A DNA stretch of 36,225 nt from Atractiella rhizophila (taxonomy: Eukaryota): assembly GCA_021432655.1 (NCBI GenBank), contig MU271543.1:1-36225 (forward strand), read 5' to 3'. Positions 1 to 12,378 of the stretch are shown here, piece by piece (positions within the stretch are counted from its first letter, which is position 1; each line of letters opens with the position of its first letter). The notes under the pieces were generated by a model, which saw nothing but the letters and a program-made list of their open reading frames with translations, ran no database searches and was not told the DNA's origin. Made by a program: the position numbers and the translations under genes.

Positions 1-1188
1 CATGAAGCGAAACTCGAGCCTTTTATGAGAGTCTGCCTTCATTTGACTGTGAACAACCGCTAGCTCGAAGCCTGAAGCTTTCAAGTCGGCTTTTTGCCCC
101 TCTTTTCAGCACGACGTTGAGTTGCGTGTTCCGAAGACTGTCAATGCAAGGATGAGCGCCCCGCAGCTATCGGACTTTCTTCAAAGAGAAAGTCGTATTG
201 ATTGCAAGCAGCATCAATCGGAACTGTCCCTCCTTCCAAGACTTTCTGCATTATTTAAGCGTAAACCATTGAAGAGGAGGTGGAAACCCTGGTGAGCAGC
301 ACGACCTACAATAACGCTGGGGTTTTATTACCTAAGCGGTTTCATCTTTTGTAGGTCGAGGTGTCAAAGCATGAAGCTAATCTGTAATCATGACACAAAG
401 ATCTTGACAGGAGCTACTGGCGGCTAACATTCATGGTTAATGAAATCCTGTCATCGGTAACATGCCTCCACTTGTGGAGAGCCAAGCTATGGACGCTTAC
501 TGTAAGCTGAGCGTGCGAAAGTCGATTTCCGAAACAGAAGCGGGGAGAATTAAATGTAAAAGGAGGAGCAGAGCTATGGTGCGGTTATCATGCGAGCTCA
601 GAAAGTGAGTAGAGAGAACTGTTTTCCCTTGGTCTAGTATTTAGGGAGTTGTTACAAATACGGAAACAAGAAAAAGAGCAGTCATAGTCCCAAGCTGAAG
701 GGAATAGCCTGTGAGTCAATCTGCACGCTAAGAAGGTATGGAGATGTTCAAACATTTGACTGGCTCAGGTATTAGACTCGAAGGAGAGAACTTGAAAACA
801 AAGCTCACCCTTGCATCATTGAATCGATTTCCGCCCGTTAATTGTTATAGGCTCACACCTTCCACTTTTCTCCGTACTCTGTTCATTCCGCCTTCAGCTC
901 ATATCCTAGGCCTTCCCAAGGCCTTCCTCATAATCGTGATCAGACATCGTCGCTTTGTCACTTCAGCTCCTCACGGCCCGAACCAGCTCTGCCTGCCGCT
1001 CCACGGCATGCACTCTAAAATGAATTCGAGTGGGCCATTGAAGAAGCGACTCAGAGAAAACTCGAAGTAGAGAAAACATTTTTGTTGGAAGTTGATATCT
1101 ATCGTATACCCAGGTGGGTCCCTGAAGAAGAAAATTGAGATGATCGTAACCGCAAGGGTCGCAGTTTTATCCGGTCATCAGAATAATC

Positions 1189-3238
1189 ATGTCGTCTGAC
1201 ACGGATACAGCTTCATCTGAAGCTCCAACTTTACCTGGATTGGGAGGGATCATCTTGTTCGCCCTTTCCCTTTGCGTTTTCTCCAATTAAGCGAGTCGGG
1301 GGATTCAGCATCGCGTTCAAACCACTTCTCAAGGTCTGCTCTTTCTTCGATCTCAGCACGAATGTTGTGCCTCACCTCGATGATTACGATTGTAGCTTAT
1401 GATACCTGCTCTGGCCGGAGGACTGATGCACCGTGCTGGTTACCTTTCACAACCAGGGCTCAAGAACATTGGCCAGCTAATTCTAAATGTCTTCCTGCCT
1501 GTTCGTCTTTAAAATATCAAAATTGCCAGTGCTAACTATGCGCAATAATAGTCTCTTCTCTTTTCAAAGCTCGGTAAGTATTTCAGCTAATATTTATGCC
1601 TTGATGTTGACACTTTTCAAGTTCCCAGTATCAATAAAGATAACGTATCAGAAATCGGTGTCCTTGTATTTGTGGCAGCTTTCTACCAGGTGGTGCTGCA
1701 TCTAAGCCACCTTGCACTATCTTACCAATCCAGTTTTGCAGATCGCGAACGGCATCGCAGCAGTCTGCTTGAGAGCAGTTGTCGAAGTCCCTCCGAACTT
1801 TAGGAATGGATTTCTTGGTGTGCACCAGTCTTTTGTCATCGAGGAGAGTGGTTACTAATATAAATTCAAAGCCGCTGCAATCTTTTCCAATTGGGGAGAT
1901 CTCCCCACGGCAGTCATTCAGACAGTCACCCAGTCGTCACCCTTTGGGAAACCGGGAGATAGCGATTTAGCTATTGCGTACATTTCAGTTTTCATTCTCG
2001 TCAATAACGTACGCATAAGCAATCCCATCCACTTTCTTGCTGAACTGGATATAGGTTGCACTTTGGCCACTGCGAGGAACAATGCTGATTCGCGCCGATT
2101 ATTATAACACACCACCGGCGACTGCGAGCAGTAAAGCGCGTAAATTGTGGCGTAGGATCACATACGGGTACGACGGAAAGATCACTCGAACGAGCCGGGA
2201 GCAGTCCTCAGGCGACGAAACCACAGTTCATACCCCAGGGGACGAGTTGGAGATGGATATTGACGTGGAATCCCTCAAACCAGGAGAAGTTGGAGCGGAA
2301 GATGGCCAGAAGAAGCAGCACGATTTGAGTGTTGAGCTCCAACACGTCAATAGTAAGCTTTCAGAAGCTCGCGTCCAACGCGAAAGCACATTGGAGAATC
2401 GTCGTCCCGTTCCTTTTGCAAAGACATCAACACAACCGTCCACTCAACCGCCTTCGCCCACACTCGCTCCAACAAGACAGACATCAGCGACGACTACCGC
2501 AACTGCAAATGAAACCAGAAAGAAGTCCATATTATCGACAATCTACAAGCATATTTTGTCCTTTCTCTTACCCATGGCAACTCCCCCCTGTCTCTCCCTC
2601 TTCATAGGTCTCATAGTTGCCTTCGTGCCGACTCTCAAAGCCCTATTCACCCCCGTCCCTGACGGTCCACACATCTCTCCAGCTCCCGATGGCAAACCGC
2701 CACTCGCCGTCTTACTTGACACAGCCAGTTTTTTAGGGAACGCACAGGTGCCCTTGGGGCTGATCGTGCTAGGCGCTACGTTAGCCAGCATGAAAATCAC
2801 AAGGCCCTTGAGTCGACAGCCTTTGTGGTCTATCATTGGCTTGGCAGTCTGGAAACTCGTCCTTCTCCCCGTCATCGGTGTACTCCTCGTTCAAGGATTG
2901 ACGAAGGCTGGAATTGTGGATGCGGATAATAAGGTGTTGAGATTCACGACAATGTATTTTTCATGCGTGTACGCTTCTCTTCATTTCCCTGTCAATCTTT
3001 GCCATTCTGAGTTTAGTTTGATAGCCCAACTGCGACTACGCAGGTCATCTTTTCGCAAGTTTTTGCGCCCGAAGGAAAACAAAACAATGCACAATTGCTT
3101 GGTGTCTATCTCGTAGTTCAGGTAAGCAAAGTTGACCTAGTTTGCAGAGGAATTTGTGCTCATCATGTGGACTAGTATGCTGTTTTGCTGTTCTCAAGTG
3201 TGGTACTCACTGCAGTTGTGCTTTCTTTGCTGTTTTGA
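1189..3238 (+). CDS. Auxin efflux carrier (AEC/PIN-like, Mem_trans) family membrane transporter, ~10 exons
   Basis: Manually spliced exons 1189-1256, 1309-1333, 1396-1500, 1552-1573, 1622-1689, 1742-1817, 1872-2008, 2054-~2966, ~3025-3121 and ~3176-3238 stay in frame with GT..AG introns. They give GGIIFIAFKPLLKL..GQLILNVFLPSLLFSKLVPSI..FSNWGDLPTAVIQTV..LAIAYISVFILV and C-terminal LDTASFLGNAQVPLGLIVLGATLA, as in fungal AEC proteins. Confidence 0.85.
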
Positions 3239-4032
3239 CGGAATGCAATGTTTAGGACTCCAAACCTTGTACTTTTAGATGACATTCATTCATTCACGGC
3301 CTAACAGACCGTTATATGGTAGCCACCTGCTTAAGTTACGACAAAATGGAACCCGACATCCCCAAATGTCGAGGCATCACAGCCGCGACACTACTCAAAT
3401 CTTGTGATACCCGGCGCGCCGTGAAGCTTGAAATAAGGTCATTTGCAGCATTGACCAAGAGGGATAGGTATGCCAGTATTTTACGAAACAGATCGATTTT
3501 TCATTCTCGAAGTATAGATACAATTTGCCAGGTAGACTGCATAGATGTGAGTCCACCAGGTGATCCATTTTACCGCATCTCTCGGGAGGGTAAGCCCTTG
3601 AGCACATACGTGGCAGCTGGACCATTTGCAGACAGTTTTTCTAGGCTTTCCTGTTGATTGCAAGTCTAGCAAGAAGAGACAAGCAATCATGAGGAGGAAA
3701 GCCTGCCGTTCAACATTCCCATATGGCATCATAGAATGTCAATTTTTCAGAGGCTCACTTGCAACCTTTCGTCGCCAAGACCCGATGCGCCACTCTTTCA
3801 CATAAAGATATCTCAAGTACGAACAAGCCAACGGCGCCTTCTCCATGAATCCTCAAGTGCGCTTTTCATATTCTTATAGGAAATAATGTGGAGCAGTTCG
3901 TCGTTTAAGAAATACCCTCTGGAAGTTGACACTTTCAGCCTTCTTGCACATTTCCCGTCCGGACCTAACCGAACGCGTCCGAAACTGCCTTCAAGTTTGC
4001 CCAACTCTGAGCTCCTGGTCTCAAAGCGTGTC

Positions 4033-5808
4033 ATGGCAAAGAGAGTCACTCGACAGAACACAGAGATAGTGTTTCCTGAGAAACTGAACAAGAATCTTGA
4101 CTTTTCCAAAGCCGGTTCGTCTGTTCCCCTTGATGGCTCAAAGTTGATATTCCTCTTTGAATGCAGCTCAAAGGCTCAATAACTATACCAAACAGTATGC
4201 TGCACTTTATTTTGCGCGCTTGACAAAGCTTGGACCGCGGTGTGCTTCGCGTGCAGCTGCAAAATGGGGTAGCGGGGAGGAGCGTGCGTTATCTCCCCTT
4301 GGTCTCTTCTCACGGCTGATCTTTTCGCGAATAAGTCGTAATGCAAGTTGAACGCGTCTTGGATATGCCGAAAGATACGCTTTGCTTTATTACAGGAACG
4401 GTGTTCATGGATATGTCGATGAAACCCAATGTTTTGACGGAGCTGGCGAAACAGGTATGTCCTCTTCCTCGCTTTCGTCCTGACCGTTCAAGTTCGCCTT
4501 ACGCGTTTTTGCAGCATCAGCTTGTCGCTCCAGTTGGCACTTCAAAGTATTACGGTCCTGACAAAGCAAGTGAAGATCACATAACTCTCGAAGACTCCAG
4601 CGGTCGTATAGCTCTGGAGTTCAAAGGTCAAAGGAAGTGGCCGCTCGTCACAGGTGTCTGCTTTTGTCATTGAGTTCTTGACACGAAATTAACAGGATCA
4701 TAGGTCTCATTATCAGCGTACTTGGAAGGCAAACAGAAAGTGGTACATTTCAAGTCGAAGATATCTGTTTTCCTGGTTTGTCAAAGCAGAAGGCACATGA
4801 TGACGCGATGGAAGGTGTGGATGAGGAGGAGAGGTGGGTTGCACTCGTCAGTGGATTGGAGTTTGGAGCTCCGGAAAGTGAAGGAGGTGAAGAGCGGCTG
4901 GACCTACTTCAGGAGTGGTTGACTGGAGAAGCAGCAGGTGAAGAAGTTCGTGCTCTTCTTCTTCTCGGGCGTATGGGCTCCTTTGGCTAACGACAAGATA
5001 GGAACGACATATGATCTCCCATATTTCAGCTTTCTTAATCGCAGGAAACAGCATGGTCTCACCTCCACCAAACGCCGACGATCTACCACCTTCTTCTGTG
5101 ACGACAAAGAAAGGGAAAAACGCTCCCTCCTCAAACTACACGAATCTCCCACCTGCCCATCTCTCACGATTCCTCTCACCTCTATTACCATCCCTACCGA
5201 CAATCCTCCAAACCGGTCCGCGCGATCCATCCTCAGTCCTTCTCCCTCAACCGCCCCTGCATCCTTCCCTTCTCCCTCCCCCAGCAGGCAATTTTGGAGA
5301 TCGTTCTCTCAAGCTCGTTGGAAACCCATGTTGGATTGACGTCGGTGGGAAGCGCATACTTTCTGGAGGAGGAACAAACGTGAGCGATGTGGAGAGATAT
5401 ATCCCTGATGAGGACGGTAGCGGGATTGAGACTGCGCAGAGACTCTTGGATTGGGCTCATGATGCTCCTACCGCTCCCGATACATTAGGTAGGTCTCCAT
5501 CGAGGTCAGCAGAGCAAACCTGAATAAAATCGAAATAGCGTGTTACCCGTTTCAAAACACGGATCCATTCGTCATGGATGCTTGCCCAGATTTATACGTT
5601 GTGGGAAACCAGCAAAAGTTTGAGACCCGGTTGATGGAAGGTGATCCATGGTTCTTCTGTAATATCTGTCGCTAATGAAATCGGAATGAAAGGGGAACAG
5701 GGACAGAAAGTGCGAATAGTGATGCTCCCAAGATTTCGACAAACGGGTGAGCTGGTCCTCGTTAGCTTGAAGAGTTTGGATGTAAAGGTTGTTAAATTTG
5801 GAGAGTAG
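4033..5808 (+). CDS. POL31: DNA polymerase delta subunit 2 (Pol31/Cdc1/POLD2), multi-exon
   Basis: Exon translations contain YTKQYAALYFARL, ITGTVFMDMSMKPNVL, LEDSSGRI, VALVSGLEFG, LIAGNS, GPRDPSSVLLPQPPLHPSLL, VGNPCW, WAHDAPTAPDTL, CYPFQNTDPFVM..PDLYVVGNQ and PRFRQTGELVLV. Stop TAG at 5806-5808. The start codon choice is inferred. Confidence 0.92.
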
Positions 5809-6224
5809 TGCAACCAGATTTTGCAGTGTGAGCGAATGATTTTTACATGCCAGGCGGTGATCTGCCCTGCTTACCACGTCGCTTCTTTCTCCTCACTCTC
5901 TCGTGAGACTTATCTGCAAGTTGAAGTTACCCAGATCAGCAATATCAGATCCTTCATGATTCTGGATATTTGACCAAGAGCGCTCATTAAGGTCACCATC
6001 TCTGCTCCTTGGTTCAGTGTTCAGCATTTTGAGGTCGCTCGCGCAAAACTGATTCAAGCCTCCATTGATTTAGTCAATCAAGAGAAGGCTGGAGGAGCAG
6101 GAAGGCAGTTAGATCCGGCTGGATAAAATCAAAGACAAATCACATTTGCGACTGCAAACGAGTAGAAGCCTACACAAAGATGGGGGACGGGGGGCAATTA
6201 TCTCCTCAATATACTTCTCAATAT

Positions 6225-6228
<4 letters not shown>

Positions 6229-6254
<26 letters not shown>
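6229..6254. repeat. (AG)13 microsatellite
   Basis: Read directly from the sequence; lies downstream of the RRM/R3H gene. Confidence 0.95.
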
Positions 6255-6255
<1 letters not shown>

Positions 6256-6366
6256 AAATAAAAACGAGGTCTACTCAAACGATCTTCCCTCTCTTGGATT
6301 ATTGTACTGTAATCAATCTTCCAGGCTCTCAAGAATTTGAATTCGGACGTAGTAAGACTGCAATGG

Positions 6367-6394
6367 ATTGGTTTGGTTTGGTTTGGCTTGGTTT
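6367..6394. repeat. Imperfect (TTTGG)n pentanucleotide repeat
   Basis: attggtttggtttggtttggcttggttt seen directly. Confidence 0.8.
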
Positions 6395-6548
6395 CTTGAA
6401 TCGTAAAATCAGTAGTGTTTTGTGGTTCCATCCTCCTCCTCCCTCACACCATCGTCGACCGAGAGTGACAAGTCGACAAGTTGCGGACGTAAATCGGGCG
6501 AGCAGACAAGATGGTTGAGTCGCAGAAAGCGGAGCGAGTACGAGACGC

Positions 6549-8921
6549 TCAAAATTCGAGCGGCTTCGTAGTCTGCATCTCCTCTCCCTCTCCTCCACCA
6601 CCACCGCCCAAGAGACCCTGCCCGCTCTTCCTCCCCACCGACCTCTGCGCAAAGTTTCCTCCGTTACCACTATCCGGTCCCTTCGGCTGTCTCAGCGGCA
6701 CCGAGCTCATGGGTGTGGAAGGAGCTCCATCCTTGAGTCCACTCGCCTCGTCTCCATCTGCGCCAAAGTATCCGCCTCCATACGCATCACCTCCAGGCGT
6801 GGACGCCACCCTCCTCTCTGCCCTTTCACCAAGCACGCCGAGGCTCATCCCTCCTCCTCCATTAGCATTATTGTTGTAGTATCCGCCAAAGACGTTTTGC
6901 AGGTTTCCGCGCAGAGCCGAATTCGACACTTTCCTCCCGACCGTCGCATAACCTTCGCGGAGGTTCGTGTTGCTCTTTCGACCTCCGATTCCAGAAGCGG
7001 AAGGAGAGGAAGAAGAAGGCGAGTACGTCCGCATGTCCGGCATCGACTTTTTCGCTTGCAGTCTTGCGCCGGTGGCCGGAGGGTAAGCACTCTCAGGCGA
7101 CAAGGTGTCTTGCCTCTGTACCAATCATACACTATCGGCACAAACGCCCTCATTTCGAATGAGAGGGAGACGCACCTTATTCCGCTTGTAAACGACCACA
7201 TGTCTGTCCTCTCCACCGCCCACAGACTTGTGGTCCAGATCCAACTTTTGCGCAATGAGGTGCACGATCCGTCTCTGGGTCGCTCCGAGGGAACGTGCGA
7301 AGGCGAGTTCATCGCGGAAGGAGTCGTCTTTGAAGAGGAGGACGCGTGAGTATATTTCGAGGGTCTGAGGATCGTTCATGTCCAACTCTACACAACATCA
7401 CGACCGTCAGTTTAATTGGATTGGAATGTAAGGAGGAAGGGAGGGAAGACATACCATATTTCGAACCCCTGTCGCTCCCATCAGAAGGGCTCGAAGACGC
7501 CACATTAACCTGAATGCCAGTATTCCCCATCGTATTCTGTCTCTGCAATCCCTCTCTGAACCCACTCCCACCAGGTGTCACGGGGTCTCTAAACCCGCTT
7601 CCCGGTCCAGCACCAGCACCACCGATGCTCATCCCTCCAAACACGTCCTCGACGCCGCTCAACCCGGTGGAAGCCTCGCGTTCTCTCCTCTGGCTCTCCA
7701 TGACGGCGCTCCTCATGCGCTTGATCGCCTTCTCCCTCTCGATCCTCTCCTTCTCTCCCTCCTTCAGCACCTTCTTGTACTCCACCCGCAGCTTCCTTCC
7801 CTGCACGTCGAACCCGTTCAAGGCCGCCACCGCCGCGTCGGTTTCGGCTGGGGTGCGGAAGTTGGCGAAGGCGAGGCCGCGGAAGATTCCGTCGTCGAAG
7901 TGGTAGTTGAAAGCGTAGGGCGAGGGGATCTGGAGGTCTTCCTACATACACATATACCACATCAACATCCCATCCCAATCCAACAAATAATTGAGGAAGG
8001 GAAGAAGGCACGTACAAAGATCTGCAACAGTTGTTCCCTCTTCACATTGAACGGGATATTTTTCACGACCACCGCAGTCGGTATAACCTCATCTTCCGAG
8101 CTGAGCGCTCCCAGTCCTCCTCCCACCGCTCCATACCCTCCACCGGCACCCGGAGAGCCCATCCAATCTTGAGGGAGTCCCGACCTTCCAATGCTCGGCA
8201 TCGGGCTCGTGTTCGCCCTCATCGCTTTCAGGGAGCCCATAGGACTCATCCCACCTCCACCCCCACCCAATATACCGGAGGAGAGATGGTACGCCTGACT
8301 CTGCGTGGGGAGCGGCGGGGTGTTCAGGAAGTATTGGCCCTGTTGGGGAGAACTGTACAACCCACTCCCGCCTCCTCCGCCTACGAGACCGGGCGTGTGG
8401 TTGTGGTTGTGATGATGTGTCGGCGTCTGTTGTTGTTGTTGTTGTTGGGAATGCGGAAAGAAGTGTCCCATGAGTGGATTGTCGTTCGAGCTCGTCGGAC
8501 TTCCACTCGAATACGGATTCGAGTCCTCCGACCCCGCATAGCTGTCCCGCTTCCCCCCTCCTCCTCCACCACCGCCACCTCCAATTGGAACTCCACCGAC
8601 TCCTCCGTACGGAGGCGACCCCGATCCCTTGGAGAGTAGGGAAAACGTATTGTTCAACCCTCCAGTTTGTGGTGCGGGCGGGATGGACTGCGATTGCACC
8701 TGTTGGGGATACGACGCGGCTGCTACGGCTCCGTTGTTTGGGAGAGGGGGCGACGGGATGTTTTGACCTGGCGCGGAGGACTGGACGGTGAACCGTTGGG
8801 ACCGTTTCTTCACACGAGCCCATTATTGCGATGTTGAGATGTCTAGAGAACGAGAACGTACAGATTTTAGACCCGATTGGGAGGGCGAGAGATTGCCGTT
8901 CGAAGTGTTGAGATCGCTCAT
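6549..8921 (-). CDS. PIN4: RRM + R3H domain RNA-binding protein (Pin4/Cip2-like)
   Basis: RRM: IPTAVVVKNIPFNVKREQLL..PYAFNYHFDDGIFRGLAFANF..ALNGFDVQGRKLRVEYKKVL. R3H: LDMNDPQTLEIYSRVLLFKDD..RRIVHLIAQKLDLDHKSVG. The proposed first exon starts at ATG 8921 (MSDLNTSNG..LKS) and splices in frame via a GTACGT..CAG intron to SSAPGQ. Confidence 0.85.
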
Positions 8922-9474
8922 CGTTTAGACAGCTCTTCTTATGGCAGTCCTTTTGCAGCGGATAGATATTGCTGTGGATAGGTAGGTATGACGTTGGGAT
9001 ATTGGCAGATGGATGATCGGGATGGCTGGTGGCTGAGGCTGAGGATGGAGACTACTGATAAACTCGTAAGTCGTACAGTTCGTTAATCGTTCGAGAGCTC
9101 GAGCACGAAATCGCGAGGTTCAAGTCGGAAGATGCGAAGATGAAGACTGAATTCGTCGCTGGATTCTCTTCTCCTCTGGTGCATGATCATAGTCACGTGG
9201 GTACGGTGCTTCACTCCTCAACTTTTTGTTTGAGCGAGGTTCTGTGGCCATAGGATGAGTGCAGAGGGGGGCAAGAGAGAGGGAGGATGTAATAGGAAAC
9301 TAAAAGAAAGCTAATATTTCAACGACTATCCATCATATCGAAGTCGAAAGAAAGAAAACATCAATCCTGCTGCAACGAAGCAACTATATCAAATCAAACG
9401 AGTGTCCCCCACTCCTCAGTCGCAAATGCCTGTATGAAAGCGATTGGGAGGATGGAGGACGGCAAGGTATGAGA

Positions 9475-9950
9475 TCACGCGTCCTCGGAGACGTCCCTCT
9501 TCCACGCTTGCTGCCAGTGCTGCACCTCGTCGATCTTGAACTTCTGGCCCTCGGTTCCAGGGAGGCTGATGTCGGCGTCGACCTATTCACAGCGCACCAT
9601 GCGTCAGCTACTTGATCTTCAAAGGACGAAAGGAGGTTCGTTCGAGAGGTTGATTCGAGGTCGGTTCGGAGAGGTATAAATGGATACAGACCTTGAAACC
9701 GCCGTTCTTCATTTGGTCCATCACATCGTTATAGATCCTTCGCTTCTCAATCCCTATTCCACCATCACCATCCATCAATCCTTCAGCTACATTCGTCGAA
9801 AGAAGAATTAAAACAAACGTTTGCCATCCTATCCCATCCAGACGTCAGTCAGGCTATGCCAAGTGAAGGGATACAAGGATACAGTACCTGAGGAGTCTGA
9901 GGCACAGCGACGGCAAGAGCGACGAGAGAGGCGATCAGGACGAACTTCAT
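9475..9950 (-). CDS. Small secreted protein / putative Kex2-processed prepropeptide (80 aa, 4 exons)
   Basis: Exons 9950-9888, 9828-9819, 9753-9692 and 9582-9475 total 243 nt with all GT..AG introns. Translation: MKFVLIASLVALAVAVPQTPQDGKRIEKRRIYNDVMDQMKNGGFKVDADISLPGTEGQKFKIDEVQHWQQAWKRDVSEDA*. Classic signal peptide and three KR sites. Confidence 0.75.
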
Positions 9951-10563
9951 GTTTATATTCTGGTAGTGGTAGTGTGAGGGTTTAAAGAGAGAAGAGAGGG
10001 AATTCGAGTGAGGTCAAGAAGGTGGTCGTTGGTGGAAATGTTGCCGTTGCGGACGGAAGCGGAGCCAAGTTTTGTGGCTGACGCCGAACTGCGGCACGTG
10101 CCAAGCTGAGTTGTTTTTTATGTTTTTGCCTTCATTCTTTCTCCTACAGCCTGAGGCTACAATGGAATTACAAAAGGTATATTATGCATAAGTGAAAGAT
10201 GGGCGAAAATGTCATTGTGGCTTTTTTATGACAGATAGAAGACAGCAGAGCGCTGCCATCCAATTCCTTGCTCACGGTGCATAGCCATATTTCCCAGCAG
10301 GCGCATTCGATATTATTCGAGAATAGATCCGTAGATGTTCCGTTGTATATGTAGAGGCAGTCCGAAGTTCAAGTTCTAGCGTGTGAATTGACAGAAGTAT
10401 GCCGCCCGAGGAGATGTCTGTGGTCGATACTTTACAATCGGCAGGATCCATGGAATAGAATAGGACCGTGGGTAGTAGATAGTAAGTCACCTAACATGTT
10501 TGGTAAGTAGAGTAAACAACAAAGTCTGTTAAGATAAAACGAGTTGAACTTACATAAACTAAA

Positions 10564-11493
10564 TCAGCTTTCATTCCCTCTCGTCTCCAACCACTCCCTC
10601 ACGCCTTTCTTACCCGCAGGCAGACTAGCCATCCAAGTCCAAACATCTCCCTCCGCCTCTCCCCTCTTCCTAACCTCCAAAATGGTCCTTCCGACCTCCT
10701 CCATCTCCCCTTCGCTTTCAACATCGAACAGTTCCCACCACGGTCTCGGATTCAGAGGTAATGGGACCGGAGGGTCCGCCATTCTCGAGGCGAGGTAGAT
10801 GGCTGTTGCGGCAAGGAGAGTGGGCGGGTGGAGTGCGGGAAGAGGTGTTAGGAGGCTGTCGTTGAGGAGGGACCAGGCGTCTTGGGGTATTGTGGGGTGT
10901 GAAACGAGGGATAAGACTTGGAGGTAGTTCGCTAGGATCGGATGGGAGGGTTGTACGGAGACGTGGAACCCTAACCGCTTGAGAATTTGCATCTCCCCTG
11001 CAGCCGCTTCGTCCCGATACTCGTAGTACTTGGGATCGTGATACCCCATCGTCTCGTACTTCCACCCTTTCCTGCTACTACCGCCTGCCGTCTCTTCTTC
11101 TCGTATCCATGCGATGTAATCTAGAATGTAATCAAAAGTGTTGATGAGATCCCGAATGCGAAGTGGAGACTCTTCGAGTTTAGAAGCGAGAAAGAGGGAG
11201 GAGAGAGCGATGTCGGATGCGGAGAAGGAGCGGAAGGAGGAGACGTAGAAGAAGCGCTGGTAGAGTGTGCAAGCCGTGGTTCGGACAGCTTGAGGCAGAG
11301 AACAGGAGTGGGAGGCTTGTTGGATGAGTAAACTACCAACTGTCTCCAGACTTTTGTCAGCTTACACTTGTCGATGGTGAGGACAGGACTGACAGAGGCG
11401 AAGGGAGGTTTCCATCTCGAGGGGAATACCATCTTGGCGAGAAGGAGCGCTTGAGGCCTGTTCGGGAGTTGCCAATGTGTTTAGAAGCGACAT
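10564..11493 (-). CDS. Cyclin L-like transcriptional cyclin
   Basis: MSLLNTLATPEQ..PSRQDGIPLEMETSLR, one intron, then GSLLIQQA..LPQAVRTTACTLYQRFFYVSS..LFLASKLEESPLRIRDLINTF..EMQILKRLGFHV..AWSLLNDSL..PWWELFDV, the cyclin L/K signature set. Confidence 0.88.
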
Positions 11494-12378
11494 GGAGCAG
11501 TTGTTCAGTCAAGGAACCCGCGTTGGAAAGATGTGATCGATTGGGACGAGGATGATTGGCTTATTGAATGTGTCCTCTCTTTACTGCAAGACCAGTTGAA
11601 GTTTGAACACTTTTGAAACAGGACTCTGCAGACACACTCAGCCTATAGAACATGCATTATTATGCACAGCCTGGCCCCTTTTATCCTCTTTTACTTCTTG
11701 TAACGTGTCGGGACAGTGCAGTGAAGATGACAATGGCAATATTGGGAGGCTCGCAAGACTAAAGTTCCCTTGCTGGCTGGCTATCGGACTCGAATCGGTC
11801 ATCACCGATTCGGCTCGATACAATCGAGTCGTACCGGAGAGGCCCAAAGAGTGCGGCTAACAACCCGGTTCGAGTTCAACTAGATAGGCACTATCGAACC
11901 GCCGGGCACCCTCCCGACACTCTTTGCATGCAGCTCCACTCTGACTCGCTTCCAAAGGTTACTGAGAGGGGTGTGGGTGATGCTTTTGGCTAGGCTGAAC
12001 CGTGTGCAATATGAAGTTTCATAAGTGACTGAGCCAAAAGCAAGACCTTATATCGGGGCTGAACACTTACCCCAAGTGATGCTCGATGTTTCAAGAAAGA
12101 GGGCATCTAGCGCATCTGTCCTGCCCCAAAACTGAAATGATGAGCAGACTTTTTTAGGAATTCAGTCTTGTCATGAAGTTCCTTGCCTGTATTGGGTGGA
12201 ATTTTTGAAGTGGAAGAGTTGTCGTTTGAAGGTCTGCAAATCCTGTTGAAGTTAGTGAGGAAAGTACTTTCTATCACTTTGCACTAACAATCCCCAATCA
12301 CTTATTAGTGAGTCCAAATGATATAAACGAATATGTGATTGGGGAGAAAGAAAAGGAAAGAAAACACATCAAGCATAC

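Noticed and set aside
1..1100. Short ORFs and splice-like signals upstream of the AEC gene
   Set aside because: No recognisable domain or coherent gene model; left unannotated.
6500..8830. Numerous overlapping and antisense ORFs over PIN4 (likewise over POL31, MFS and CBM21 genes)
   Set aside because: Shadow frames of GC-rich, low-complexity coding sequence.
10564..10700. Cyclin L lacking a C-terminal RS domain
   Set aside because: Short cyclin L proteins without an RS tail are ordinary in fungi.
11699..11720. TGTAAC as the start of another LTR
   Set aside because: No matching CA end with a 5-bp TSD was found.
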